Source: Rebecca billardiae RCC1528
Taxonomy: Eukaryota > Protista > Haptophyta
Reading direction: 5' to 3'
DNA length: 64,000 bases
Assembly: GCA_965240325.2 (NCBI GenBank)
Contig: OZ251247.1
Coordinates: 868,001 to 932,000 of the forward strand
Part shown: positions 1 through 17,190 of the stretch, piece after piece
Numbering within the stretch: the stretch's first letter is position 1
How the letters are laid out: each line of letters opens with the position of its first letter
The notes under the pieces: model-generated
The model's database searches: none
Told to the model about the DNA's origin: nothing
Seen by the model: the letters and a program-made list of their open reading frames with translations, nothing else
Translations under genes and position numbers: made by a program

Positions 1-17
1 CGCCCGCCGCCGCGCAG

Positions 18-1544
18 GCGGGGCCGCATCACGGTTACGGCGGCGGCGGTTACGCCGGTGGCGGTTACGGCGGCGGCGGGTACGCCGGCGGGTACGCGGG
101 TGGCGCGTACGCGGGCGGCGGCGGGTACGCGTGCGGGGACGCCTCGGGCTTCCAGCCGCAGGTCCTGACGGGCTGGGGCGCGCCGCCGCACGCGGCGCAG
201 CAGCAGCAGCAGCAGCAGCAGCGCGCAGCCGGCGCGCCGCCGCCCGCGCCGCAGCCGCAGCCGCAGCCGCTCAGCGGCGCGGCAGCCGGCGGCGGCCGCG
301 CCGCGCCGCCGCCGCCGTCGCAGCAGCAGCAGGCCTGCGCGCTCGGCGGCGGCGGCGGCGCCGCGTACGCCGGCGCCGCGGCGACGAGTGCCTATGGCGC
401 CACCACCGCGCGCATTGTCAACGCCATGGCGCGCGGCGGCGAGCTGACACGCCTTGCCGACGCGCCGCCGCCGGCCGCGCGCGCGGACGGCGGCGCCGAC
501 GAGCAAGGCGGTGGATGCGGGGGCGCGGGCGGGCCCGCGCCGATGGCGGTCGACTCGGAGCAGATGCCGCCGCCCGGCGGCGCGGCCGCCGCCGCGGCGT
601 CGCCGGCCGGCGGCGCGCAGCAGCCGCCGCTCGCGACCGGCGTGAGCTGCGTCGCGCTCGGCGGCGGCGGCGGCGGCGTCGGCGGCGGCGCCGGGGCGGC
701 GGGCCCTGGCCGGCCTGCGCCGCCCGCGCGGCAGCCCTCGCCGCCTGGCGCCGACGGCGGCTCGCCGCCGCCGCGGCCGGGGCTGACGCCGCCGCAGCCG
801 CGCTCGCTCGCGCAGCAGCGCTCGGGCGCGGGCGCGAGCGGCGGTGCCCTCGCGCAAGCGTCGCCGCCGCTCGGCGCGCGCGCGGCGCGCGAGGGCGGCG
901 CCGTCGCGCCGCCGCCGCCCGCCGGCGGCGCAGCGGCCAACGGCTACGCGTCGAACGGCGGCGAGGGCGGCAGCTCCGCCGGCGGGTACGCGACGAACGG
1001 CGGTTACGCGACGAACGGCGGTTACGCGACGAACGGCGGTTACGCCGGCGGTTACAGCGGCGGTTACGCGTCCTCCGCGCACACGGGCGGCGGCAACGGC
1101 CACTCGGCCGCCGCGGCGGCGGCGCAGCAGCAGCAGCCGACGCACGGCGGTGCGCAGCACGCGACGCACGCGGGCGGCCACGGCAACGGCCACTCGGGCG
1201 GCTACTCGGGCTACGTGAGTAACGGCCAGAGTAACGGCCAGAGTAACGGCCACGGCTCGAGCGCAAACAACGGCGGCGGCGGCGGCGCGCGCGGCGGCGG
1301 CGGCGGCGCTGGGCCCGGCGGCGGCGGCACCGCCCACCGCGGCGGCGGCGGCGGCGGCGGCAGCCCGGCGTACTACCAGTCGCTCAACCAGGGCTCGAAC
1401 TCGAACAACGGCGCCCACGGTGGCGGCACGGGCGGCACGCACGGCTCGACGGCCAATAACGGCGGCACCGCCGGCACCGCCAACGGCCAGAGTAACGGCC
1501 AGAGTAACGGCCACGGCCAGGGCTCGAACGGGCACCACCACCAC

Positions 1545-1575
<31 letters not shown>

Positions 1576-2617
1576 CGCGCGGCGACACGGGCGGCGCGCG
1601 CGGCGACCTCTTGTCCCACGCCACCGCCGGCGCCAACGGCGGTGCGTCGGGCCACTCGCGGCGCGCGGGCGGGCGCGGCGGCACGGGCGGCGGCGCGGGC
1701 TTCGCCGCGGGCGAGTCGAACGGGAACGGCCGGCCGCGGCGCTCGCCGCTGCGCGGCGGCGGCTCGGGCGCGGACGGCGGCTCGGGCGGCGCCGCCGAGC
1801 GCGATCGCGACGCGAGCGGCGCCGCCGGCGGCGGAGACGGCTGCGGCGGCGGCGCGGCCGGCGGCGGCTGCGTACACTCGGCGCGCGCGCCCGCGTGTTA
1901 TTGCTCGGCGTCGTGCACGGTGCGCGCCGCGCCGCGCCGCGCCGCGCGTGCGCGCGCCGCCGCGCGTGCGTGCGTGCGTGCGCCGCTGCCGCCGCCGCGC
2001 GCCGCGGGCTGGCCGCTGACGCTGCGTGTGTGTGCGCCCGCGCGCGCCCGCGCCGCCTCTGCCGCCGCGCGCGCGCATGTGTGCTGCCGCTGCCGCTGCC
2101 GCTGCTGCCGCGCGCGCAGGGCGCTATGGAGTCGGCGGCGACGACGACCACGGGCAACGGCACGCGCGTGCGCGCGCGCGACGGCGGCGCCGCTGACGCC
2201 GCCGACGACCTCGCCGACGGCGCGCGCGCGCGCAAGGCCGCGCGGCTCGCGGGGGGCCGCGCGGCCGCCGCCGCCGCGACCGCAACCGCCTACGCCTCGG
2301 ACGCGGTCGGCTCGGGCGACGGCGGCGGCTCGGGCTCGGGCGACGGCGCGGACGCGGACGGCGGCGCCGAGGGCGCCGACGGGCCGGACTCGAGCGTCGA
2401 CGGCTCGAGCCACGGCGGCAATGGCGGCGGCGCGCGTGGCGGCGGCGGCGGTGGTGGCGGCGGGCCGACCGCCGCCGCGCGCCTCTCGCCCGATGGCTCC
2501 GCGGGCGACGGCTCGGCGACCGGCGCGGCGACGGCGACAATGTTGCAGGCGGAGACGGAGGAGGGCGCGCTCTCGCTGCTCACGATGGCGGCGACCGAGC
2601 AGCGCGCGGCGAGCTGA
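18..2617 (+). CDS. 3' part of low-complexity Gly/Ala/Asn/Gln/His-rich protein; join(<18..1919,2120..2617)
   Basis: CAG acceptor at 15-17. The frame is open through GGY/NGQS/NGGY repeats to a GT donor at 1920. CAG acceptor at 2117-2119 resumes in phase 0 (GAMES...EEGALSLLTMAATEQRAAS*). The 5' end lies outside the window; function unknown. Confidence 0.6.
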
Positions 2618-2991
2618 CGGCGCCGCGCCAACGCCGCCGGCCCCCGCCGGGACCGGCCCGGGTCAGTTCCGACTGGCTCAACCGCGCGGACAACCCCGGG
2701 CGGGGGGCGTCACACTTGGTCCGGCGGCTCACGTGTAGTGCGTGTGTACGGTGCCCAACCGTCGGCCCGACGGCGACTGCGCGGGCGCGGGTGTACAGAC
2801 TGCAGACTGCGGACGGGTAGTCATGCGTATGGTACAGTTACGCAGTTTATTTGTTTTATTATAATAACGTGCGTAAGGCTCACGGTGGCGCAGGTTGCCG
2901 CGCCATCCTTCATCGCACGCTCTCCGAAGAGAGACCTGGAAACTGGGGGTTTGAACCCATGCATGACCTCAGACGCAAGAGCACGCCAGTA

Positions 2992-3828
2992 CTCCTATGT
3001 GCGAATCAAGGCCTATATGGCCGGCCATGACCGATGATATTGGCCGCTAGGTGACCATGGCCGATGGTTAGCGGTCGACCATCCATCTCTGGCCGATGGG
3101 TATTGGCCGATGGCCGTCCGGCGGCCGGACCGCCGTACTCGTAGGCCGCGCCGGACGGCGGCACGGCCACGGCGCCGGCGCGTGATGGCCGCGTGAGCAC
3201 GCCGCGCGGGCTGCAGCACTGTCCGACTCTGCACGGTCGTAGTTCGAGAGGGCGGCCCCGGGGCTCGGCCGACCCAACTGGTGGACTTGTTGAGCCCCAG
3301 TGGCGGTCTCGACCGAGCTTGGCAGGTGTGTGTGTGTGCCTGTGTGTGTTAATCTGATATACTATATATATATATATATATATATATCAGTTACAGGCGA
3401 CTATGTCTATTGCGATGTATTTGCCGATTCTGCGCGCCGGCCCGGCGAGTGAAGGACGCGAGGTGCAGCAGGCGGCGAGCCCGGCGAGACTCCGAGGGCG
3501 AGTCAGCGGCCGCACCCGCGCCCGCGACCGCGCCCACGCCCGCGCCCACGACCCCTACTTCTGCCACGGCTCACGCTTGCACTGCCAGCAGCGCTGCGGC
3601 ATCGTCTCACGCAGACCACGTCTGCCGACGCGGCGACTGCGGCAGCCTCGCGGCGAGCGGACCGGAGCGGTGGCTGCCGCGCAGCACAGTAGTACGTCGG
3701 CTGCAAGCAGCTTCTGCGACGAGATCATGCCCAGACAGAGTCAAGCCGACCGCTCGTGGCTCGTTGGGGTACCATACGTTCTGCCCGAGTGGTGAATAAT
3801 CTTTTGCCGAAAAAGAAAAAGGGGTGAA

Positions 3829-3870
<42 letters not shown>

Positions 3871-3982
3871 GTTATTCATTTATTCGTCGTAGTCGGCCAC
3901 TGGCCGATGAACGGGCAAAAGTGGGCATCCTGTGGCCGACGGGTTGGCCGACGCCCGTCGAGGCTTGATTCGCACACAGCAG
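2992..3982. mobile_element. Non-autonomous Tc1/mariner-type MITE (~990 bp)
   Basis: Imperfect TIRs CTCCTATGTGCGAATCAAG (2992-3010) and CTTGATTCGCACACAGCAG (3964-3982). TA on both sides (2990-91, 3983-84). Subterminal TGGCCGA motifs at both ends. Confidence 0.65.
3363..3866. repeat. Two (TA)n microsatellites (~3363-3387 and ~3832-3866)
   Basis: Directly visible; both are followed by TCAGTTA. Confidence 0.85.
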
Positions 3983-4378
3983 TACTCCCACTCGGCCACA
4001 GACTACCGGCGTTTTACGCGGAATGGATCGGACCGGGGCGGTCAGCGTGCGGAAGACGAACTGCACGCAGCCAATCCAGGCGTAATTAGTAATAATAATT
4101 ACGCGTGCTGTCGTCGATCGGACGTCCTGACGGTCCGCATTGACTGCTCACGGACGTGATCATCGGTGGCACGGTGTGACATCGTGCGGGCGCAGCCGCG
4201 TTTTTTTTTTCTGCTTGCGCGAATTCTCGCTGCCAGCAGCAACGCGAGTTTACGGCTCCTAAAACAGGCGTACCCGCGAGAGGTACGACGGCGGGCAGGG
4301 GTATTGTACCGGCCTAATGCCGGTACTCGGTAGCCGCTCACTGCCCATGGATGAAACCCTGGTTCATCAGGTCGCGGG

Positions 4379-6100
4379 TAGGGGGGCCAAAGTGGCACTG
4401 TAGCGTTACTGACGGCCACGAGCGCGGGTCCTAGCGAGTGTTTAGAGCTGATTTCGGGCTGGATCATTTGCCCTCTGGAGGGGTCTGGGCCGGCCATGTA
4501 AAAAAATCAGGTGCACATACCCTGAATATAGGGCGTAACGGCTAGCATATTTACTTATTAGAATGACGAGCCTGAATTTATTGGAAACGGCATGTAACGG
4601 TCGTCCTATATGTGACATATAGACCATGTCGACCTCACTTTGTTAGAGCATCTCAGCGAGATCGTTCTGAGTCCCCAGCAGCAGCAGGTCCCAACATGCG
4701 ATATAGGCTGTGTACTGGCAGGCTGTCAAATATGTAGTTTCCTAGAAGCCACCGATCGTTACATACCCACTGTGTATATAGGCGCCATGCTGATGAATAC
4801 AGCCTCATCTGATCTCGAGCTGCGAGATACGTTTTCAGACTGTGTATACGGCCACGCGTACGGCGTATTGCAGACATATTAGACCCAAAGCACCGGCCCC
4901 ACGTCCTCAGCCCGGGAGTGCTCTCGGTCATAGTCACGGCTTTAAAGTCACTCGAGCCAACCGTCACCGCTCCCTGGCCGAGACCTACGAGGCAGGTCAA
5001 ATCTGTCGTCGTCGCAGTGCGGCACAGTGCCGAGCATGCGATTCGGCAGCAAACGTCTGCTCCAGGCGGTGGCTGGCGTGTCTGCACCAAACCAGGCTGG
5101 ATGGGATTGGTCCACATAGGTACGCACTACCCTGTTCCGCGCTATTTCTGGGCTTAGGGGCGGATATTCGGCCTACAGAGGCTGATCCGGCGTTGTTCGG
5201 CGCTCCTGGCTGGCTGCGCGGAGCCCAACGGCAAGCGCCGGCGTGTGCAAGGTGTCAAGATTGAGACGGTCTCTGACGCTCCCGCCGGTCTTGGGCGCAC
5301 CAGGGTGCATGAGGGCCCATCTGCATCTGCTTCTGCAGGCATGAGCGTCACAGGGGCGCGCTTGCAGGCACGGTCGAGTGCACGTCGGACCTGTCGAATG
5401 AGCCAACCGCTGCCTGCGAGCACGTCCGCGACGTCCTGAGAGGCGAATGGGAGGCGCCCAGACGCCATCAGAGGGCACACGTGACCCATACCCAACGTAC
5501 TGACCATCGCAAGTGCCACGGCAGGTGCAAACACGGGCCCTACAAGCGGAACATGACAGTTGCAAGCTCCGCGGAGGTGCTGTGCGCGAGCTCGCGCCGG
5601 TCTGCTGACGGCGATTCCGGCGCAGTAGGGCAGGTTAGGCGAGCTGGGCATTCACAGACATACATGGACGATTGGTCCGAGCATCGATCTCATTGGTCCG
5701 AGTTGATCATGCGCCACACCGTGCGGTAGCGTAGCGGGCGTACGCAGCGCACCAATTCAAGCCGGCCGACGCGCGCCGCGCACGGCGCGAGGTGGCCAAG
5801 AAGCGGGTGGTGAGCCGCTGGTGGCGCAAAGGCACGGGTCAGTAGCGCCCACCAGCGTCACGCGCGCGCGCACCCGAGACCATCTCGGCGTCTCAAAGGT
5901 CGCGAGCGCGCGGCGGTCCACTGCCTCCGGCCGCTCGTGCTGGAGCGGAACCGAGCTCTGAGCGCCCGAAGGCGTCGGAGCTCGATTTTCGAGCGAGGTC
6001 CGAGAAAAAGGCTCCGCGCCACCCTTAAAAGGCCGAGGGCGGAGCGAAAATGCGACGCGACTTTGCTTTTCATTTTTAAATGGGCGGTTTGGCCCCCCTA
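4379..6100. mobile_element. Non-autonomous TIR DNA transposon, copy 1 (1722 bp, 7-bp TSD)
   Basis: TIR TAGGGGGGCCAAA...TTTGGCCCCCCTA. TSD TCGCGGG at 4372-4378 and 6101-6107. Near-identical copy at 54779-63422. No transposase ORF recognised. Confidence 0.9.
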
Positions 6101-6663
6101 TCGCGGGGTATTCTCGCGGCTCGTATGCGCGGGGCATGCAAAATGCATCAAATAATTATGATGCTGACGACGTGGCAGAGAATCATCAAAAGATTCCGTC
6201 ATCCCACGATCGCGTTCGTGCGCAGCAGGCGCGCGGCGGCCGGGGAAGCTTTGAAAAAGATCGGGGGCTACCGCTAGCTCGCAAGAAAAAATAATGAAGA
6301 TCGATTTCTCTTCGATCTCTCTTCGATCTCGTTTCGATCTGCGAGATTTGGTTGGCGGATCACCACGATGGCCGCCCGTCCGCGATGCCCGCGCGGGGTG
6401 GGCGCGCCAAAAAGGGGCCGCTGCCCCGGGGCGACGGACGCGCCCCTCGCAGTCCCGGCGATGCCATCGCACTCGGCCGCCCGCCGAGCGCTCCGCCGGC
6501 AACGGCAGTCCGTGGGCGTGGGGCACCGGTCACGGATGACGCGCGGCTCAGGCGCGGTGCCCGCGGCGCCCGCGCGGAGCGGCCCGCGGGACCCGGATCA
6601 GCTGAGCAGGCGGCAGACCCGTGCGGCGGCGGCACGCGGCGTGGCCCGCTCGGAGCCTCGGCC

Positions 6664-11839
<5,176 letters not shown>

Positions 11840-12134
11840 CCTGCCGCTGCGTGCTCCGCGGGGCGCGCGCGCGTGTGCGTGCGCGTGCGTGTGCGCGGCT
11901 GGCTCGCTCGCGCAGCGATGGCGTCCGGCGGCTTTTTAATGACGACGCGCGTCGGTGGCTGGCAGTCCGGGCGCGCGGCGCCGCCGCGCCCGGACTCACC
12001 GTTTCAGCGCCAAGCGGCGCAAGCGTCTGTTGCCTGGGCTTGCCTCGACAGCGAGGGTGGCGGCGGCGCTCCACCCGCACCGACCGCAGCGCGGCAACGC
12101 AGCACACGCGCGCGCAGGGCGACGCACGCACGCG

Positions 12135-14775
12135 ATGGCGGAGCACGCGGACGGCGGCGCCGAGCCCACCACCACCACCGCCGCCGCCGCCAGCGGCGGC
12201 GGCGGCGGCGGTTACGCCTCGGCCGAGCAGCCGCCGGGCGGCGGCTCTCTGCCCGTGGGCAACTACAAGGGCGTGATGCTCGTCAACCGTCCGGACGAGT
12301 CCGGCGGTCCGGGCGGCGGCGTCGGCGGCGGCGCGCGGCGCGTGCAGACCAACGCCACCGCCGGCTCCCGCCCCGGCACCAACACCGACGCCCTCGACTC
12401 CGCCGCCCACGACGGCACCGGGCGGTTCCAGCCACACGACGCGGACGGTCCGATCTTCATGCCGGCCGGACTGCCGCCCGAGCGGCTCGGGCTCAACCCG
12501 GCGCGTGACAACGTGGTGACGAACGTGCGCGCGCGCGCGCCCGAGCTCGAGGCGATGCGCGCCTCGCGCAAGGCGCAGGGCCTCCCCAACGACTACATGC
12601 ACCGCCACAAAAAGTGGCTGCACGCGCAGCAGGCCAAGCGGCGCGCGGCCGAGGCGGGCGCGGAGGCGGAGGAGAGGAGGGCGGAGGCGCTGCGCCGCGC
12701 GCTCGCGCGGAAGGCGATGCGCGTGCGCGACAAGATCAACGCGCGCAACAAGGCCGCGGCCGACGCGCCCGCCGCCGCCGCCGCGGAGGCCGCGGCGGGC
12801 GGCGGCGGCGGCGGCGGCGGCGGCGCGGCGGAGGGCGCGGCCGCCGCCGCCGCGCCGCCGCCGCAGCCCGCCGCGCCCACGCCCGCCAAGCCGAGCAGCG
12901 CCGGCGGCGGCGGCAGCGCCAAGCCGGGCGGCGCGGGCCGCCCCATGTGGTCCATGACCGCGGAGCAGGCCGCCGCCGCCGAGAAGGCAGCCGCCAACGC
13001 GGCGGAGGCGGCGGAGGAGGTGCGCCGCGCGCCGCGCGCCGCGCGCCGCCCCGCCGACCCGCCGACGCCGCCACCGACGGCGCGGCGCGCGCCGCCGGCG
13101 CCGTGCCCAGCCCGCACACACACACCCACCCACACACACGCACACACGCTGACGCACGCACCACCCGCACCACCCGTCCCCTCAGGACGAGGTCTCGGAG
13201 CTGCTCGAGTTTGCGCAGGGGCTGGACTACGGCAGTTACGTCGACGACTTTGAGGTGCGCGCTGCGCTGGAGGCGATCAAGGGGGCGCTCACGGGGAGGG
13301 GCGCGAAGAAGGAGCGGCGCGGGGAGCAGCCGCGTGCGGGCGGCGGCGGTAGTGGCGCCGCGCAGGGCGGCAGCGACGACGAGGACGACGACTTTGCCGA
13401 GACATTCGCCGACGCTTGGAACTCGGCGGGCGCGCCGCCCGACTCGGGAGATGACGATCTCGCCGACTTCGACGCGCTCAGCGCCGCCGGCACCGTCGCC
13501 GACCCGGCGGGTCTGCTGCGCGGGCTGCGGCAGCTGCGCGCGGCGAAGCAGAAGGCGGCGGCGGGGCGCGCGGGCTCGACGCGCGGCTCCGACGGACCCG
13601 CCGACGACGCCGCCAACGCCGACGGCGCGGGCGGCGGCGGCGGCGCCGCCGAGCAATGGGACGCCTCCACGACCGTTTCGTACAAGGACGAGGAGGGGCG
13701 CAAGGGCAAGGTGGGCGCAGGGGGGGGTGTGCCGTGGTGTGTGCGTGGGCGCCACCGCGTGTGGTGCTGTGTGGTGCTGTGCGCGGGTGCGCGGGTGCGC
13801 GTGGGCCGTGCGCGCGCGTGCAGCAGTGCGTGTGTGCGCGTGTGTGCGCGCGCGTGTGTGTGCGTGTGTGTGCGCGCGTGTGTGTGTGCGTGTGTGCGCG
13901 CGTGTGTGCGCGCGTGTGTGTGTGTGCGTGCCGCCGCGTGGCAGGCAGCGTGCGCCTCCGTGTGTGCCACTGCGCGCGGCGCCAGCCCTGCGCCTAGCCC
14001 TACCCCGCGCACCGCACCCGCACACCCGCACACCCGCCCGCTCACACGCAGCCACCGCGCCCGCGCCCAACCCTCACCCCCTTACCCTACCCGCCGCAGG
14101 CGCGCGCCGCGCGCGAGAAGGCGCTTGAGCTGCTAGCAGCCAACAAGCGGCTGGGCGCCAAGCACTCGGCCGCGTCGCTGGCGGCCATCATTAGCGCGGA
14201 GGAGGGCAGGGCTGTGGCGGCCGCCGCCGCGCCGCCGCCGCCGGCCGAGGCGGCCGCCGGTGCCGCCGCGCTCGGCGCGCCCAAGCCGCAGCAGCAGCCG
14301 GCGGCCAACCTGCCGTCACTCAAGGTGCGCGCTCGCGAGATCGCGATCTCGCGATCTGGCACGCGCGGCGGCCTCGTGCGCCGCGGGCGCTGCTGCTGCT
14401 GCCGCGGGGGTGCGGTGGTGCGCGGCGGCGGGCGGCGGGCTTGGCGCGACCGCGGCGCGCGCTTCGGCCCGCGCGTTTCGCGCCCGCGCTGCACAGCCGC
14501 CCGCCCCCTCCCCTTGCGGGCACACACGCGTCCACCCGGCCCCGCCGCCTCGTTGCGCTCTCTCACGCACGAACGCCCCTCGCCACGCGCGCGCGCCGCC
14601 CGCTGCCGCCCGTCCGCCCGCCGGCCGTTACGCCGGCCGTTACGCCCGTCCGTTCTCGCCGTGCCGCGCACAGGTGACTGTGACGGACAGGCGCGCGCAG
14701 GGGCCGGCAGACTCGGGGGCGGGCTCGCTCAACGCGTCGACGCTGCCCTACCTGCACCGCAACCCCGCCATCTGA
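12135..14775 (+). CDS. Hypothetical protein, 4 exons: 12135-13019, 13186-13710, 14100-14324, 14674-14775
   Basis: In-phase GT-AG introns with CA/GT-repeat content. Non-repetitive blocks GNYKGVMLVNRP, DEVSELLEFAQGLDYGSYVDDFEVR and C-terminal TLPYLHRNPAI*. Divergent from UGP (295 bp between ATGs). Confidence 0.75.
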
Positions 14776-16944
14776 GCCATCCGAGCCATCTGAGCGGCGC
14801 GCCCGCGCGGCGCCGCCGCGCGTGCCGCGTGCGGCGCCGCCAGCACCTGGCGCGCAGCAGCAGCTGCGCCGCGCGCGCGGTACAGGCGGCGGCTGGACGG
14901 GCCGGCGGGGCCGACGCCGGCTCGGGCGGGGCGGAGGGCGCGCGGCCGCGCCCCGCCGGCGACGCGCACTGGCGACCGATGGCGCTCGCATGCCGTCGCG
15001 TCGGGGCTCGGGCGGGCCGTGGCGTGGCCGGCGGCAGGCGGGGTCGAGCGCTGCTCGCCGGAGCCCGCCGGGCGGCCCGGACGCCGGCGCCCTGCGCCGC
15101 GCGCATTAGCGTAGCCGACGCGTCGAGTCGACCGGCACGACGCAGCGGGCGCCGCCGGTCAGAGTCATCGTCGCGTCCGCGCGTATTATTAGTATCAGCA
15201 GCGCAGTTAAATATATAGGCGCGCGGGCGGGGTCCGACTAATATAATATCGGACAGCGCAGCTTGCACTATATAGGCGGCGAATATATATATATAGCGCA
15301 GCAGTATATTATTTTATATATTATTATATTTCCCGCGATGATCGCGACTGACGAAACTAATCGACGACGATGATATATTACTACGGGGCGCTCTGAGTGG
15401 TCCAACGAGCAAACATCGTTCGCAAGTTTCGCGGAACTTATTCCAACGAAGTGGAACTTCGCTTTTTATTATATGCCCACCGTCCGCCGCCTGAACTCGC
15501 CGCGCGCGAGCGCGTGCGTCACGATGCTCATGCTGCCGGCGCGAGCCGCCAGGTGGGGGCGCGTCATCCAGAGCCTAGTGTTGGCACTAGGCTCTCGGGC
15601 AGCCGCCTGGACCGCAACCGGGTGCCTCGCGGGCGTGGTCGGCGACAGTCGAAGCCGTCTGGCGGCGCGCGCGGCGTGCGCGGTGAGTGGCCAGTACCTG
15701 GTCTTCGCACCCACCGCGCGCGTCGGTCTCCAACGCCTTCCTTCAGTCCCAACACGGGGGCCGTTTGCTGAGCACGTGTCGTCGTCTCTGGGCGCCGCTA
15801 CGTGCTGCTCTTTGAGCACGCGCTCTGGCCGAACGCGAGGGTGCGCATCCTCGCGCGCGCGCCACGCGATTCAATACCGCAAATGCCACCTCCGCACGCG
15901 CGCGTATCACCCTCACCGTCCCGCACGCTCCGCTCGGCAACGCGTCGCGTGCGCAGGCTCGCATCCAGCTGCTCGGCTCAGCTCATTCTCTGCGCGCATG
16001 CGACGAGAAGGCCCTCAGACGCGCACGGTGTTGCCTCTTCGATGTCGCCCAGCCATGGCGAGTGCGCGCAGCAGCACACCGACCATCTCGAACCTGTTCA
16101 CACCAGCACGCGCGCGCGCGCTCGGGCCATCGCTGCACTGTTTCGGCTGTCTCGAAAGGGCTGCCTGAGCTGCGCAGAGCGGCGGCTGGCGCGCAGACCC
16201 TGGTGGCGTTGTCCGCCCTGGTCGTCGGCACGCGTGCTGCCGAACGAACCCAACAAACGCGGCGCCTGCAGCACGTCTGGATCGGCGTCACGGAGCCATT
16301 TGCGGATGGCCGGTTTGGTGCGCGATAAATCTGGCAGCCTGGCCTATTGCCATGACAGCAGCTGTGCTGATGAACTTATAGGCTTAGCGGTGCGACGCTT
16401 GCTTGCGCCTGACCACTGACTTGATGATGCATGGGAAGTGAGGTGAGACCGGGGAGGCCCGACTCAGGTGCCTGCCCAAGCCCGCCAAAGGCGCTGGTTT
16501 CCCCTCTCCCCCACCCGAGCCGAACTGACGGACAGGGACGTCGTACGCTGACCGTACGATGCCGGTGGCCCTGTGGGTGGCCACCGACTGGAGGGAGCGG
16601 GTGCTCAACGTCCAGCAGGGTCCACCCACCAACCCAGCCCCCGAGGGGACAGGGCGGGCACACAGGCGATGCTGGTGCGCAGCAGCGGCGCCGGTCGCCG
16701 CTCACTGCTGAGCAGGCGACGAGCAGCGGTGCCCAGTGGCACTAATTCGGAGTATGCGAGGTCAAGGCCCACAGGGGCACTTGCGCCGACGTGGCGCCGC
16801 CCCACCTGCTTGCACAGCAAAGGCGCGGGCGGCCGCCTGCCTGCCCACATTATGGCCAGAAAGGCACCAGGCCACGTGTTGATCCCAGGCAGGACAAGCT
16901 GGCCGCTCACGCTCCCAAAGGACTGCTCCACGAAGTGGAAGTGT

Positions 16945-17190
16945 CGCCGCGCGAGGGCCTGTCAGCCACATTGGCCCTCGAGCGCACGTACTCAAACCAC
17001 GCGTCACAGTGCGGCCCCGTGGCTGTGTGCACGCTGCGGCAGAGTCGTGCAAAGACGGGTAGCCCTTGATAAGACCAGCGAGCGCGCTCGCGTTGTCAAT
17101 GAAGTGCTTCACCTGCCTGTCAACCAGCAGGTCAGGCTGCGAGTGGTACACTGCCACAGCTGCCAAGAGCTTATAGGCTGCCCGTTGTGC
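16945..17190 (-). pseudogene. DIRS-type RNase H remnant
   Basis: LLAAVAVYHSQPDLLVDRQVKHFIDNASALAGLIKGYPS, then after a frameshift WFEYVRSRANVADRPSRG (DN..AL and N.AD.PSR motifs of DIRS RNase H). Confidence 0.75.

Larger units (their letters stand above)
2930..4007 (-). pseudogene. tRNA-derived (SINE-head-like) Pol III element split by a MITE
   Basis: Removing 2992-3984 rejoins, on the minus strand, GGTAGTCTGTGGCCGAGTGG (A box, 3988-4007) ... GGGTTCAAACCCC (B box, ~2945-2958). No clean cloverleaf. Confidence 0.5.

Noticed and set aside
2930-3012. Functional tRNA gene
   Set aside because: Only a B box is contiguous; the A box is displaced by a MITE and the stems are degenerate.
16366-16400. 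Hammerhead ribozyme core (CTGATGA) in repeat A
   Set aside because: No downstream GAAA or closing stems found by eye.
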